From Nitrosopumilus sp. (GTDB lineage Archaea; Thermoproteota; Nitrososphaeria; Nitrososphaerales; Nitrosopumilaceae), in assembly GCA_965224195.1 (NCBI GenBank), contig OZ245040.1:480001-544000 (forward strand): a stretch of 64,000 bases of DNA, written 5' to 3'. The translations under genes and the position numbers were made by a program. Every line of letters starts with the position of its first letter. Position 1 is the stretch's first letter. The notes below the pieces were generated by a model that searched no databases, was not told the DNA's origin, and worked only from the letters and a program-made list of their open reading frames with translations. Below, piece after piece: positions 39,125 through 49,764 of the stretch.

Positions 39125-39694
39125 ATGATTTTGCATTTTATTTTTGTGATACCTGAAGAAGATCGTGAAAAACGACAATTCGAATTTGAATATGTTAAAA
39201 AAATGAGCAAATTTTTTCAGGTTTGGTTAAAAGAAAAATTTGGCCAAGATTATGAAATCCAATGTGATGAAATGATTACATCTCCTAGAAGCATTCTTCA
39301 ACGTCTTGATACACACACGTTAGTACGAGATCATCATCAACGAGGTGATGATATTTACCATTTCTATCTAACTCATTTCAAACCTTGGTGGACTGATTGT
39401 ACTTGTGATGGATACCATGCTGAAAATTTTGGAATGGCATTTTGGCAATCTCCAAAAGAATCTAATGATACTTTATTCCTTGCAGAAAAAAATTGTACTA
39501 CTGTTTCACATGAACTGGTTCATGAAATGTTAAGAATTGCTGGACATAAAAAATTCATTCAGGATGTACATGATGTATGGACTAAACATCTTTTTGAACA
39601 GTTAGAATTTGAACAATATGGTGAAGATTTTAAAAAAACTGAAGGCAAGCCCATGTTTTTAGCAATGGATACTTCACAATTTAATTCAAAATAA
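39125..39694 (+). CDS. Hypothetical protein with zincin-like motif
   Basis: VSHELVHE. Confidence 0.65.
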   Translation: MILHFIFVIPEEDREKRQFEFEYVKKMSKFFQVWLKEKFGQDYEIQCDEMITSPRSILQRLDTHTLVRDHHQRGDDIYHFYLTHFKPWWTDCTCDGYHAENFGMAFWQSPKESNDTLFLAEKNCTTVSHELVHEMLRIAGHKKFIQDVHDVWTKHLFEQLEFEQYGEDFKKTEGKPMFLAMDTSQFNSK

Positions 39695-39705
39695 AATATT
39701 TACAA

Positions 39706-40338
39706 TTAACATTTAGTAACTGAATAAATGTTATTTTCAAAATTTGCTGTTTTGAAATCTAATTTGTTTTCTGGATCATTGTTTCTTGATTTGCTTAATG
39801 TTTCAAGTTCTACAAGAGCATCTCCTCTAAAACCTACTGAAGAACCATAAATTCCATCAGTTAACATGGTGCCGTGATCTCCTTTTTTAATATCATTTAC
39901 CATATCATAAAATCTAGTTGTTTCTTTTTTGTTTACTGGGTTTCCTGTTGCTTTGTTAAATGCAACTGCTATGTACATTCCATTGTTTTTTACTGCGACA
40001 GGAATTTTGTGATTTTTATCTGAAGCACCTGGAATTGTATCGTTGACTATAACTTCACATTTATGATACATGCTTGACACGTATGCAAAAAATCTGTATT
40101 GGGCATATTTTCCTGCAGAATCTTCTTCACATCCAACAAAAACTTTATGCAATAATTCTAAAGCATCATCATTCATACTTTGTAATCTGTCATCTATTCT
40201 TCCTCTTTCAAGAAGTTCTGATTTGCATTCTTTTGCAACTAAAACTAAAATGAAATCTGGTAAATTGTAATTTTTGAGTGCTGCAACAAATGCACCTGCT
40301 TGTGACATGCCAAATTTTGGAAATCCTTTATTGACCAT
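39706..40338 (-). CDS. Conserved hypothetical protein
   Basis: 210-aa ORF; C-terminal half loosely resembles a restriction-endonuclease fold. Confidence 0.65.
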   Translation of the reverse strand: MVNKGFPKFGMSQAGAFVAALKNYNLPDFILVLVAKECKSELLERGRIDDRLQSMNDDALELLHKVFVGCEEDSAGKYAQYRFFAYVSSMYHKCEVIVNDTIPGASDKNHKIPVAVKNNGMYIAVAFNKATGNPVNKKETTRFYDMVNDIKKGDHGTMLTDGIYGSSVGFRGDALVELETLSKSRNNDPENKLDFKTANFENNIYSVTKC

Positions 40339-40493
40339 AATTATACCTCAATTTAGAAAATTTACTACTCCCCAACACTGTATTAAAAAGCAGTATTTGG
40401 CTTATAATTGTTAAGAATTTAGATGCCTACTGAAAGAATTTTTTGAATTTTCCAATTGTAAATATTAAATTTGGGATTAATTTATCGCATTTT

Positions 40494-42761
40494 GTGGAAA
40501 CTGACACTACTGCAGAACTTGTTTCTAATGTTTATTTGAAATTAAAAAATAATATTGTAAAATATAGAAATCTAGTAGGAAGACCATTAACACTTTCTGA
40601 AAAAATCTTATCTGGACATCTAAATGAAATTGATGATACTATTTTTACCGGAGGAAAAAATTATGTCTTTTTAAAACCTGATAGAGTTGCATTACAAGAT
40701 GTTACAGGACAAATGGTAATGCTTCAATTTATGCAAGCAGGATTAAAACAAACAGCTGTACCAACAACTGTACACTGTGATCATCTCATTAGAGCAGAAG
40801 TTCAAGGCGATATTGATATGAAAGTTTCACTTGATGAAAATAGTGAAGTTTTCAAATTTTTACAATCTGCATCTGCAAAGTATGGATGTGGTTTTTGGAA
40901 ACCTGGTGCAGGTATTATTCATCAAGTAGTTCTTGAAAATTATGCATTCCCTGGTGGATTGATGATTGGTACTGATTCCCATACTCCAAATGCAGGTGGC
41001 CTTGGGATGATTGCAATAGGTGTTGGTGGATTAGATGCTGCAGAAACTATGGCTGGAATGCCTTGGGAATTACTTTATCCTAAAAAAATTGGTGTAAAAT
41101 TAACTGGAGAACTTAGTGGATGGACTGCTCCTAAAGATATTATCTTAAAAGTTGCCGATGAGTTAACTGTCTCTGGTGGTACAAATGCTATTGTAGAATA
41201 TTTTGGACCTGGAACAAAATCTATCAGTTGTACAGGCAAAGCTACCATTACTAACATGGGTGCCGAACTTGGTGCTACTTGTTCTGTATTCCCATATGAT
41301 GAAAGAATGGAAACTTATCTCAAATATACAAACAGAGAAGGCATTGCTCAATTAGCAAATCAAAATAAAGAATCTCTTGTTGCAGATATTGAAGTAGAAT
41401 CGAATCCGGAAAAATTCTTTGATAGAGTAATTGAAATTAATCTTTCAACACTAGAGCCACACATTGTCGGTCCTCACACCCCTGATTTGGCAAGAACTAT
41501 AACGGAATTATCTGATGATGTAAAATCTAAAGACTATACTGATCCAATCTCTGTTGCACTAATTGGTAGTTGTACAAATTCTTCTTATGAGGATATGTCT
41601 CGAGCAGCAAGTTTAGCTGAACAAGCAAAAGCCAAAGGAATCAAATCAAAGATTCCTCTATTGGTAACTCCTGGTTCTGAACAAATTCGTGGTACTATAG
41701 AACGAGATGGACAAATGGCTTCTCTTTTAGATATCGGTGCAACTGTTTTAGCAAATGCATGTGGTCCATGTATTGGCCAATGGAATAGACCAGAACTTGA
41801 AAAGGATCAACAAAATACTATTGTTACAACATTTAACAGAAATTTCCCAGGGCGAAATGATGGTAAGAGAAGTACTCTGAACTTTATTGGTAGTCCTGAA
41901 ATGATCATTGCTTTAGCATTAGGTGGTAGACTTTCATTTAATCCATTGAAGGATGATCTAATTGCATCTGATGGAACAAAGTTCAAACTTGAACCACCTA
42001 AACCTGCACCAGAAATTCCTGAAGAAGGTTTTATGAGGCCTGAAGGAATTTTTATTGCACCTCCTAGTAATTCTGATGATGTTGAAGTAGTCATTGATCC
42101 TAACAGTAAAAGATTACAGCGTTTAGAACCATTTTTAAAATGGGACGGTAAAGATTTTGAAAATATTCCAATCATGGTAAAGGCTAAAGGCAAATGCACT
42201 ACTGATCATATTTCCCCTGCAGGAGCTTGGCTTTCTTTAAGAGGACATTTGGATAATCTTAGTGATAACATGCTTTTGGGAGCAGTTAATGCTTTTAATG
42301 ATCAAGTTGGACAAGGTAAGAATGTTCTAAATAATAATCAAGAATCATTTTCACAAATTGCTAGACAATACAAAGAAAAACAGATGAGATGGGTAATTGT
42401 TGCTGATAATAATTATGGTGAAGGAAGTAGTAGAGAACATGCTGCAATGACTCCTCGCTTTTTGGGATGTGCAGCAGTAATTACAAAAAGTTTAGCAAGA
42501 ATTCACGAAACAAATCTGAAAAAACAGGGTGTCTTGGCATTGACATTTAGTAATTCAGATGATTACGAAAAAATTCTTGAAGATGATAAAATCAGTTTAC
42601 TTGAATTAAATGAATTAGCTCCGGACAAACAAGTTAGATGTGTTATTTCTCATTCTGATGGAGAGAAAGATGAAATTCTTTTAAATCATTCATACAATAA
42701 ATCACAAATTGAATGGTTCAAGTCTGGCTCAGCACTAAATGTATTGAGAAATAACCAATAG
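40494..42761 (+). CDS. acnA: Aconitate hydratase
   Basis: DRVALQD, HCDHLI, DSHTPN, IGSCTNSSYED, CGPCIG, TTDHIS, GSSREHAA; likely GTG start at 40494. Confidence 0.96.
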   Translation: METDTTAELVSNVYLKLKNNIVKYRNLVGRPLTLSEKILSGHLNEIDDTIFTGGKNYVFLKPDRVALQDVTGQMVMLQFMQAGLKQTAVPTTVHCDHLIRAEVQGDIDMKVSLDENSEVFKFLQSASAKYGCGFWKPGAGIIHQVVLENYAFPGGLMIGTDSHTPNAGGLGMIAIGVGGLDAAETMAGMPWELLYPKKIGVKLTGELSGWTAPKDIILKVADELTVSGGTNAIVEYFGPGTKSISCTGKATITNMGAELGATCSVFPYDERMETYLKYTNREGIAQLANQNKESLVADIEVESNPEKFFDRVIEINLSTLEPHIVGPHTPDLARTITELSDDVKSKDYTDPISVALIGSCTNSSYEDMSRAASLAEQAKAKGIKSKIPLLVTPGSEQIRGTIERDGQMASLLDIGATVLANACGPCIGQWNRPELEKDQQNTIVTTFNRNFPGRNDGKRSTLNFIGSPEMIIALALGGRLSFNPLKDDLIASDGTKFKLEPPKPAPEIPEEGFMRPEGIFIAPPSNSDDVEVVIDPNSKRLQRLEPFLKWDGKDFENIPIMVKAKGKCTTDHISPAGAWLSLRGHLDNLSDNMLLGAVNAFNDQVGQGKNVLNNNQESFSQIARQYKEKQMRWVIVADNNYGEGSSREHAAMTPRFLGCAAVITKSLARIHETNLKKQGVLALTFSNSDDYEKILEDDKISLLELNELAPDKQVRCVISHSDGEKDEILLNHSYNKSQIEWFKSGSALNVLRNNQ

Positions 42762-42774
42762 AATTTTTTTAAAG

Positions 42775-42848
42775 TGGGCCCGATCGGATTTGAACCGACG
42801 ATCGATGGTTTTGGAGACCATCGCCCTACCAGGCTAGGCTACGAACCC
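42775..42848 (-). tRNA. tRNA-Trp(CCA), intronless
   Basis: Cloverleaf; ATGGT-CTCCAAA-ACCAT. Confidence 0.93.
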
Positions 42849-42924
42849 ACAAGAACCGAAATATTTTGCTTGAATTTTAACTATTACTAAGATTTATTTG
42901 CAAATTGGCAGTATTTGCAGTAAA

Positions 42925-43458
42925 ATGGTAAAACCAATTTACATTGTATTAGGTGCAATTCCAGTTATTGCTGCTCTTTTACTTTCAACTCCGCTATTAC
43001 TAAAAAATGAAATTCCTACGTCAGCTGCTAATTACACCGATAATGTTGAAATTGAATACACTAAACATCAGCTAAAAAAAATCTCTTATGGCGTAACTGA
43101 ACGTGTTGGGGCACAAAAAACTGAAATCCTTTACATCAAAAATAATGGTGACATAAAATATTCAGTAACTGAACAAGGATATCTAAGACCTGATGTTAGC
43201 TCAAAACTAGATGAAGACAAACTAAATAAAATTAAAGCACTCATTAAAGAAACTGGTTTTATTTCCATTCCTTCTGAGTCTTTTGAGATAATGGAAAATG
43301 CAACTGAATACCAAAAATCAAATGTCAAAGTTACACTAAACGGTCGTGTAAATCAGATTCATTGGCCACAACAAAATGTAACTGAAGATTTTATTCCGCC
43401 AATAATTACTATGGTTGAATCTGAATTGGATTTGATTATGTCTGAATTTAGTGAATAG
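42925..43458 (+). CDS. Membrane-anchored hypothetical protein
   Basis: N-terminal TM after MVKP. Confidence 0.7.
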   Translation: MVKPIYIVLGAIPVIAALLLSTPLLLKNEIPTSAANYTDNVEIEYTKHQLKKISYGVTERVGAQKTEILYIKNNGDIKYSVTEQGYLRPDVSSKLDEDKLNKIKALIKETGFISIPSESFEIMENATEYQKSNVKVTLNGRVNQIHWPQQNVTEDFIPPIITMVESELDLIMSEFSE

Positions 43459-43488
43459 ATACAAATAGTCTTTAGGAAAAATTAACGC

Positions 43489-44457
43489 ATGCTTCCCTTA
43501 TCTGGTGAACGACTTGATGCTAAAGGAATAGTTTCAGACAAGATAAATTCTATTGATACTTTACGTGGTTCCTCCACTGTTAAACGTGGGTTTGCTCACA
43601 TGCTCAAAAATGGAGTTGTAATGGATGTTACAACTGTTGAACAAGCTCAAATTGCTGAAGAGGCAGGAGCAGTATCTGTTATGGTATTAGATAAACTTCC
43701 ATCTGAAGTTAGGAAAGCTGGTGGTGTTGCACGAACTGCAAGCATTAGAATTATTGAAGAAATTATGGACTCTGTAACAATTCCTGTAATGGCTAAATGT
43801 AGAATTGGTCATGTCAATGAAGCACTAGTTTTACAAGAAACTGATGTAGATATGATTGATGAATCTGAAGTTTTGACACCTGCAGATGAACTTCGTCATA
43901 TCTGGAAATGGGACTTTACTACTCCAGTAGTTAATGGTGCAAGATCTTTGGCAGAAGCATTAAGGAGAATTGAAGAGGGTGCATCCATGATTAGAACAAA
44001 AGGAGAACCTGGAACCGGAAATGTTGCAGAAGCTATCAAACATATTAAAAAAGTAAATGATGAACTGAGAACCATCAAATCAATTTATGATTCTGGGGAT
44101 AATCAAGAATTAGTTAGAATGGCAAGAGAATTCAAAGTATCTTATGATATTGTTGAACAAACTGCAAAACTTGGAAGGTTACCTGTTGTTAATTTTGCTG
44201 CAGGTGGAATCGCAACACCTGCTGATGCCGCATATTTGATGTCTTTAGGCTGTGATGGTATCTTTGTTGGTTCTGGAATTTTTAATTCTGATGATGCAAA
44301 AGAAAGAGCAAGAGCCATAGTTTTAGCTACTACTTTTTGGAATGAATCAAACAAAGTCAAAGAAGCACAAAAAATGATTGATGAAAGACAATCTATGATA
44401 GGATTAGATGTGAACACTTTAGAATTACGTATGCAAGATCGTGGTGGCTCAGCATGA
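43489..44457 (+). CDS. pdxS: PLP synthase lyase subunit
   Basis: [36 protein letters not shown]. Confidence 0.97.
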   Translation: MLPLSGERLDAKGIVSDKINSIDTLRGSSTVKRGFAHMLKNGVVMDVTTVEQAQIAEEAGAVSVMVLDKLPSEVRKAGGVARTASIRIIEEIMDSVTIPVMAKCRIGHVNEALVLQETDVDMIDESEVLTPADELRHIWKWDFTTPVVNGARSLAEALRRIEEGASMIRTKGEPGTGNVAEAIKHIKKVNDELRTIKSIYDSGDNQELVRMAREFKVSYDIVEQTAKLGRLPVVNFAAGGIATPADAAYLMSLGCDGIFVGSGIFNSDDAKERARAIVLATTFWNESNKVKEAQKMIDERQSMIGLDVNTLELRMQDRGGSA

Positions 44458-45071
44458 GTCTTACTGTTGGTGTATTATCCATTCAAGGGGATGTTCAAGA
44501 AAATATGTTGTCAGCTAAATCTGCAATTGATGAATTAGGACTAGATGGGAATGTTGTTGATGTAAGAACCCCTGAAGAAATCTTTCAGTTAGATGGTTTA
44601 ATTATTCCTGGTGGAGAAAGCACTACAATTGGCCAATTATCTCTAGTAAACGGTTCTCTAAATGTACTAAAAGAAAAAATTCAGAGTGGCATGCCTGTTC
44701 TTGGAATTTGTGCAGGAATGATTATGTTATCAAACACTGCAAATGATAAAATAGTTGGTAAAACTGATCAGCTGCTTTTAGATATTTTGGATATTAAATT
44801 GGAGAGAAATTCATTTGGAAGACAAAAAGAATCTTTTGAATCTGACATTTCCATGGATTCTATTAACATTCCAAAATTTAATGGAGTATTCATCAGAGCA
44901 CCATCTGTATCTGATGTAGGATCTGGTGTAGAAGTTTTATCCAAATTCAATGAACGAATAGTTGCAGTCAAAAAAGGAAATGTGATCGGCACTGCTTTTC
45001 ATCCTGAATTAACTGAAGATACCGCATTGCACAAATATTTCATTAATCTTGTGAACACATCAAAAAATTAA
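44454..45071 (+). CDS. pdxT: PLP synthase glutaminase subunit
   Basis: PGGESTT, GICAGMI, RNSFGRQ, FIRAP, FHPE. Confidence 0.97.
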   Translation: MSLTVGVLSIQGDVQENMLSAKSAIDELGLDGNVVDVRTPEEIFQLDGLIIPGGESTTIGQLSLVNGSLNVLKEKIQSGMPVLGICAGMIMLSNTANDKIVGKTDQLLLDILDIKLERNSFGRQKESFESDISMDSINIPKFNGVFIRAPSVSDVGSGVEVLSKFNERIVAVKKGNVIGTAFHPELTEDTALHKYFINLVNTSKN

Positions 45072-45131
45072 TCCATAATAAGATGAATGCTGAGCAATTC
45101 TTTTTAACTATAGTTTAGTCCAGCTTTTAAA

Positions 45132-46002
45132 ATGAACAAAAATTTTATTTTCTTTGCTATTTTAGCCTCAATTTTGATCGATAGTTCTTTTGGACTATTT
45201 TCAATTGAAAATTCGTTTGCAGATGATGATAATCTATCTGTAAGCAGAAAAGACTCTAAAAGCATATCAAAAACAATTGGACAAGTTAGAAAAAGAAAGA
45301 GAAAAAGCTGAGGAACGAAAACAAAAACTAGAAGAAAAACAAGAGAAACAAAAACAAAAAGCTGAGGAACGAAAACAAAAACTAGAAGAAAAGAAAGAAA
45401 AATTAGATTTAGATAGAAAAAAACTTGAAGAAAAATTATCCAAGAAAATTAACAAGTATGAAGAAAAATTAAAAGAAATTAAAGCAAAATATCAAAATAA
45501 AATTGAATCTGGTTTTACAGGAGATGTTGAAAAATTTTCTGCTAAAACTGCAAAACTAGAAGATAAAATTGCTAAAAAAAAATCTGATGAAATTCGTAAA
45601 AAATTATTAGAAAAACAAGAAAAATTAGATTCTAGAACTCAAAAAATCCTTGATAAAATTAGCAATGATGATTACTTAGGTGATAAAATTCCCTCTTCAA
45701 ATTCATTTGAAACATACGAATTAACATTTGATTCAGTAACTATTACTGGAATTCATGATAAAACTCAATTATCTACACTTGGAGGTTTTATGATTTTTAA
45801 TACATTTGACAAAGGTAAATCTAATCTAAAATTGGAATTAGAAGAATGTAGTATTACAGTAGATGGTATACCTTTCAACTGTGGATTTGGAAAAGCTAGA
45901 ACAACTTCATCAGGTGATTCTGGCTCAAAATATTCTTTGGTGGTCCCTAGCATTTTTAGATGTTTAACTGATCCCAAAACTAACCATTTAGACAGCATTT
46001 GA
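45132..46002 (+). pseudogene. Frameshifted, probably 3'-truncated secreted K/E-rich coiled-coil protein
   Basis: Signal peptide MNKNFIFF...SFA|DDD from 45132 is out of frame with the 45277 coiled-coil ORF; internal ~36-bp duplication. Confidence 0.6.
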
Positions 46003-46341
46003 TGATCATCTGGATCTATGAATAATGACATTCCAAACCAAGTTATGCAATTCTAGGAAATAACAAATAGGCAGTGGAGCATGATGAAACCTCATCCTCC
46101 AAACCCTGCAAGCCTATTACAATTTCACTAAAAAACATGGTGCATTAAAGGGCAAGATACCAGCAGAACAAGCCATGATACAAGTCGATGGTAAGAACAA
46201 ATGGATTACATTCATTCAAAATGCTAGTCTTTACAAGGAAAATTCAATTTAGAGAAAATTCATATTTTGTGTCTAGCTGACGATAACCCGACAGAACCTA
46301 CAGTAGCTAGTCTTAAATAATGAATTTAGGGCTAATTTGTC

Positions 46342-46467
46342 GTGGATGAGGAAATCAGACAAATCAGAATGGCCGAAAACAAAGACCAATTCCTAAAAGA
46401 AACTTTAGAAATAATCAACGAAGACTCGGATCTTTATGAGGCCTTTGCTAAAGAAAAATTTGATTGA
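46342..46467 (+). CDS. 41-aa acidic protein, candidate Doc antitoxin
   Basis: MDEEIRQIRMAENKDQFLKETLEIINEDSDLYEAFAKEKFD; its stop abuts the convergent Fic gene. Confidence 0.4.
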   Translation: MDEEIRQIRMAENKDQFLKETLEIINEDSDLYEAFAKEKFD

Positions 46468-46887
46468 TTATTTTTCAATGACCTTTTTCATCAAGTATTT
46501 TTCAATGTCGGGGTAAATCGAAAGATCCCCCTCTGGTTTGTATGCTGTTTTTTCCAACAATTGAAAGTATTCTTGTTTTTCTTGTTTGTTTGCAAATTTT
46601 AGATTGAATCCATTTTTTTATAAAAAGTATTTGGTAACTGCTGAAGCTGTTGCCTTGTTTCCGTTTTTGAATGGTTGGCCCCATACAATACCAGATAGTA
46701 ATGTGGCAGCTTTTTTTATGATTCTGGTTCTCGGATCAGGAATAGAAGTAAATTCATTTACATTTCTAAAGGTTTCATAAAATATTTCAGTATCATCTAA
46801 ACCAAACGGTTCGTTTCTATGAGTGGTAATGTGCTTGTTTAATTCTACAATATTTTCAATTACATCACCCGTAAAGATATCGGGCAT
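46468..46887 (-). pseudogene. Fic/Doc family gene with internal stop
   Basis: QPFKNGNKATA motif; TAA at 46618-46620, then in-frame KNGFNL...KKVIEK*. Confidence 0.75.
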
Positions 46888-47101
46888 ACAAAAACTTGTG
46901 ATTAATTAGTTTTATGTGTTGTTGGATTTTCACCATTTTTGATATTTGTATTGCTGGATAACCATACTAAAAATGTAATTTGTAAACTTCATCTCGCCGT
47001 TTTCCTTGTTCTTCTTTTTGTTCTGTCAAACAAATAATTTCTAACTAATGATCAATATTATTTCACAAGAATAGCTTTGGATCTCATATTCTGATTATTT
47101 T

Positions 47102-47530
47102 CATGGTTAACTGGAGTCAATACAATGAAAAACTAGTCAGAAGAGGTGAAGATCATCATGTCATTTGATGTCATTGAGAACTGGCATAAAGAACTGGAGG
47201 TCATGAATCACAACAAAAGAGGTAGAAAGTCCAGGCTATCCTGATTCATTCATGAAATTATTGGGTTATGCGAGAATCTATTTTGGATTACCATTCAGAC
47301 AAACAGAAAGGAATGATTCGTGCATATTGTAATAGAATTCCAGCAGTTCCGGATTTTACACCAGTCCACAAGAGAATAAACAAGCTTGACATCAAAATTG
47401 ATAATTCCATTGGAGATAACAACGAAATCATTTTAGCAATTGACAGTACAGGAATCAAGGTTGCAAACAGAGGCGAATGGATGCGACAGAAATGGCACAT
47501 GAGGAGAGGGATTCTTGAAAATTCATGTTT
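47102..47530 (+). mobile_element. IS5-family transposase fragment (IS903/ISH1-like)
   Basis: YPDSF, PDFT...KR, AIDSTGIKV.NRGEWMRQKW..RRG; frameshifted and truncated. Confidence 0.8.
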
Positions 47531-47940
47531 GGGAATTTGTAAATGTATCAGAAGATGATATTGAGATCGTATTTGATAATGATGGGGAAAAAATCTTAAT
47601 TGTAACAGAGCAATTTAATGTACCATCTGGACAATCTGAAATATTTACAAAACAGATCAAACCTACACAATTAGGAATTAGTTATTTTAAAGTTATAATT
47701 CCATATGTTTCAGATTCTCAATTTAGTTTAGTTATTGATGAGGATAAAACTATTCCAACTGAACAATACTGGGAAGAGAATCCAAGTGAAGCCCCTTGGA
47801 ATAACGAACCAGAGCCTATACCTTGTACTAACCAATGGTGTGAGCCAGAACCTCAATTGCCTGGAACAACCAACTCTACTAGTACAACAAGAGATGTTAC
47901 AAAAGAAGACTTGGATGATTCTATCAAAAGTACAACTTAG
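47531..47940 (+). pseudogene. Gene fragment fused to the IS remnant
   Basis: ORF start lies within transposase sequence (KIH); acidic Pro/Thr-rich tail. Confidence 0.4.
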
Positions 47941-48125
47941 AAAATATAGTTTAATATAACCATGTTCTAGAATTTACATTATGCAAGAAATAATCAATCG
48001 CGAAGACAAGATGCGAAATATCTTTGAAACCGCACAAAAGATGAAAAATGGTACAATAAAACCAGCTAAAATCTACAATAGTATTGATGAGTTTGCAAAA
48101 AAATTAAAAAACGAGTGATTCCAAA

Positions 48126-48395
48126 ATGTGGAAAATCATTGTCGCAAATGAATCAGATGATGATTTCCTAAATGATTTAAACAACACAACACTTGAAGAA
48201 ATTATAACACATTTCAAGGAAGTAATTAATGTATTTTCAAATCTGCATTCCTCAGTTTATTGTACCAGTGGAATTTTCCCAGTTGAGTCATATGATGCAA
48301 CAAATGAAAAACTTTCCATACGTTATCATGTAGATAATGATGAAGAAGCAATGCGTATCATTACTGTAGATTTTACAGCCACCTTAATTGGATAA
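48126..48395 (+). CDS. Hypothetical protein
   Basis: 89-aa ORF; preceded by a 45-aa ORF at 47981-48118. Confidence 0.5.
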   Translation: MWKIIVANESDDDFLNDLNNTTLEEIITHFKEVINVFSNLHSSVYCTSGIFPVESYDATNEKLSIRYHVDNDEEAMRIITVDFTATLIG

Positions 48396-48530
48396 AACTT
48401 TAAACCTAAAAACATATCATCTAAAACTATGACAAAACAATGGACGGCAAACCAAATAAATTATGCAAACTCGGTTATTGATAATTTTTTGGCAGGTAAA
48501 ATAAAAACAACACCAAATAAGTGAATGTGA

Positions 48531-49013
48531 TTACGATCTGTTTTGTATATGTGATATCGTCATAGATTCTTTATGAAATGATTGTGAATATCTGATATGA
48601 AAACCTTGAACGTTTTGTGACCATATGCGTATTCTTTCTTCTTCATCAGATGTAGCATCATAGAAATCACTGATCAACCAGTCAAGTAATTTTCCAATAT
48701 ATTTTAATTCAGAATTTTTATAATACCATGGTTGGGATTCTGCCAATTTATCTGCCAATAATTTTAATCTTAAACTATTATCTTTAAAATAAGATGCTAA
48801 AGATAATTCAATCTCATAAATCTCTTCTTCATTATCTTTGTCACAATCTGTTAATATCCTCTTAAGATCCATGCAAAGTATTTTTGCTTCACTAATCATT
48901 ACATCTCTCTCTTTTTTGATATTATAGAACTTGAACATTAATTGAAGTGTAGATATAGCAATCATACACACAATTGCAATAACAGATAATGATAATTGCT
49001 CTTCTGCACTCAT
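48531..49013 (-). CDS. Membrane-anchored hypothetical protein
   Basis: N-terminal TM. Confidence 0.6.
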   Translation of the reverse strand: MSAEEQLSLSVIAIVCMIAISTLQLMFKFYNIKKERDVMISEAKILCMDLKRILTDCDKDNEEEIYEIELSLASYFKDNSLRLKLLADKLAESQPWYYKNSELKYIGKLLDWLISDFYDATSDEEERIRIWSQNVQGFHIRYSQSFHKESMTISHIQNRS

Positions 49014-49053
49014 GATTAATATTAGAATTTACTAAGTAAAAACTTTATCATCA

Positions 49054-49596
49054 TCACATACACCAAGATAAGTAATTTTTAATCAAACTAATCCATTGCT
49101 CAAAAGTTAATGCACGTGAACTATAAAGACGTCCTGCATGATTCACTTTGAATTTTGTTATAATATCATCGTCATTTATTTTATTAATCTTAAACACTGG
49201 TTCAAAATAAGAGCATTTTTTCATCATTTTTGGATATTCTTTATCATCTGTTGCACATTCATCCTCACCTACAATAAAATCATTAAATTCTCTTTTTCTA
49301 TATCTCTCAGAAAAACGGAATCTTGGTTGATATATTTTATTGACCTTCTTTTTTAGAAGTTTGTTTGTAAATTCTTGAATTTCTTTTTTACTCAAATACT
49401 TTGGTTCAAATACATATTTTTGAGGATGTAGTAAATCTACAAGATATTTTAACAATGTATTTCTATTAGTCATTCCAGTAATTATTAAAAATCCTTTTTT
49501 ACTAAAACACACATTATGATGTAAACTTAGAACTTCTGACTCTGTCTCTCTTTGTGCATCAAACTGACATGGAATGCACAAGATGGTGTTACTCAA
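49054..49596 (-). CDS. Hypothetical protein (5' end uncertain)
   Basis: ORF track; the first ~12 codons overlap a relic on the + strand. Confidence 0.4.
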   Translation of the reverse strand: MSNTILCIPCQFDAQRETESEVLSLHHNVCFSKKGFLIITGMTNRNTLLKYLVDLLHPQKYVFEPKYLSKKEIQEFTNKLLKKKVNKIYQPRFRFSERYRKREFNDFIVGEDECATDDKEYPKMMKKCSYFEPVFKINKINDDDIITKFKVNHAGRLYSSRALTFEQWISLIKNYLSWCM

Positions 49597-49750
49597 TACA
49601 TCATAAAGAGTGCTTGTCTATCTACTACAAATGATGATGGTGGTAAAACAAAGGGCAAAATAGCACTAGATGGTGATTGTACAATCACATACCTTTGATG
49701 TGGCTGATGACAAACTTTGCAAGGTTAGTATCCGTGCATTAGATGCTTTT
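49558..49750 (+). pseudogene. Relic FN3-like domain paralogous to the N-terminal domain of the giant protein
   Basis: KLTWNAQDGVTQYIIKSAC and (frameshift) VQSHTFDVADDKLCKVSIRA vs VLSWDTQEDIEWYNIKYKC...QSSYTFDVYADQSCKINIRS. Confidence 0.6.
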
Positions 49751-49764
49751 GATTGCATTAGATA

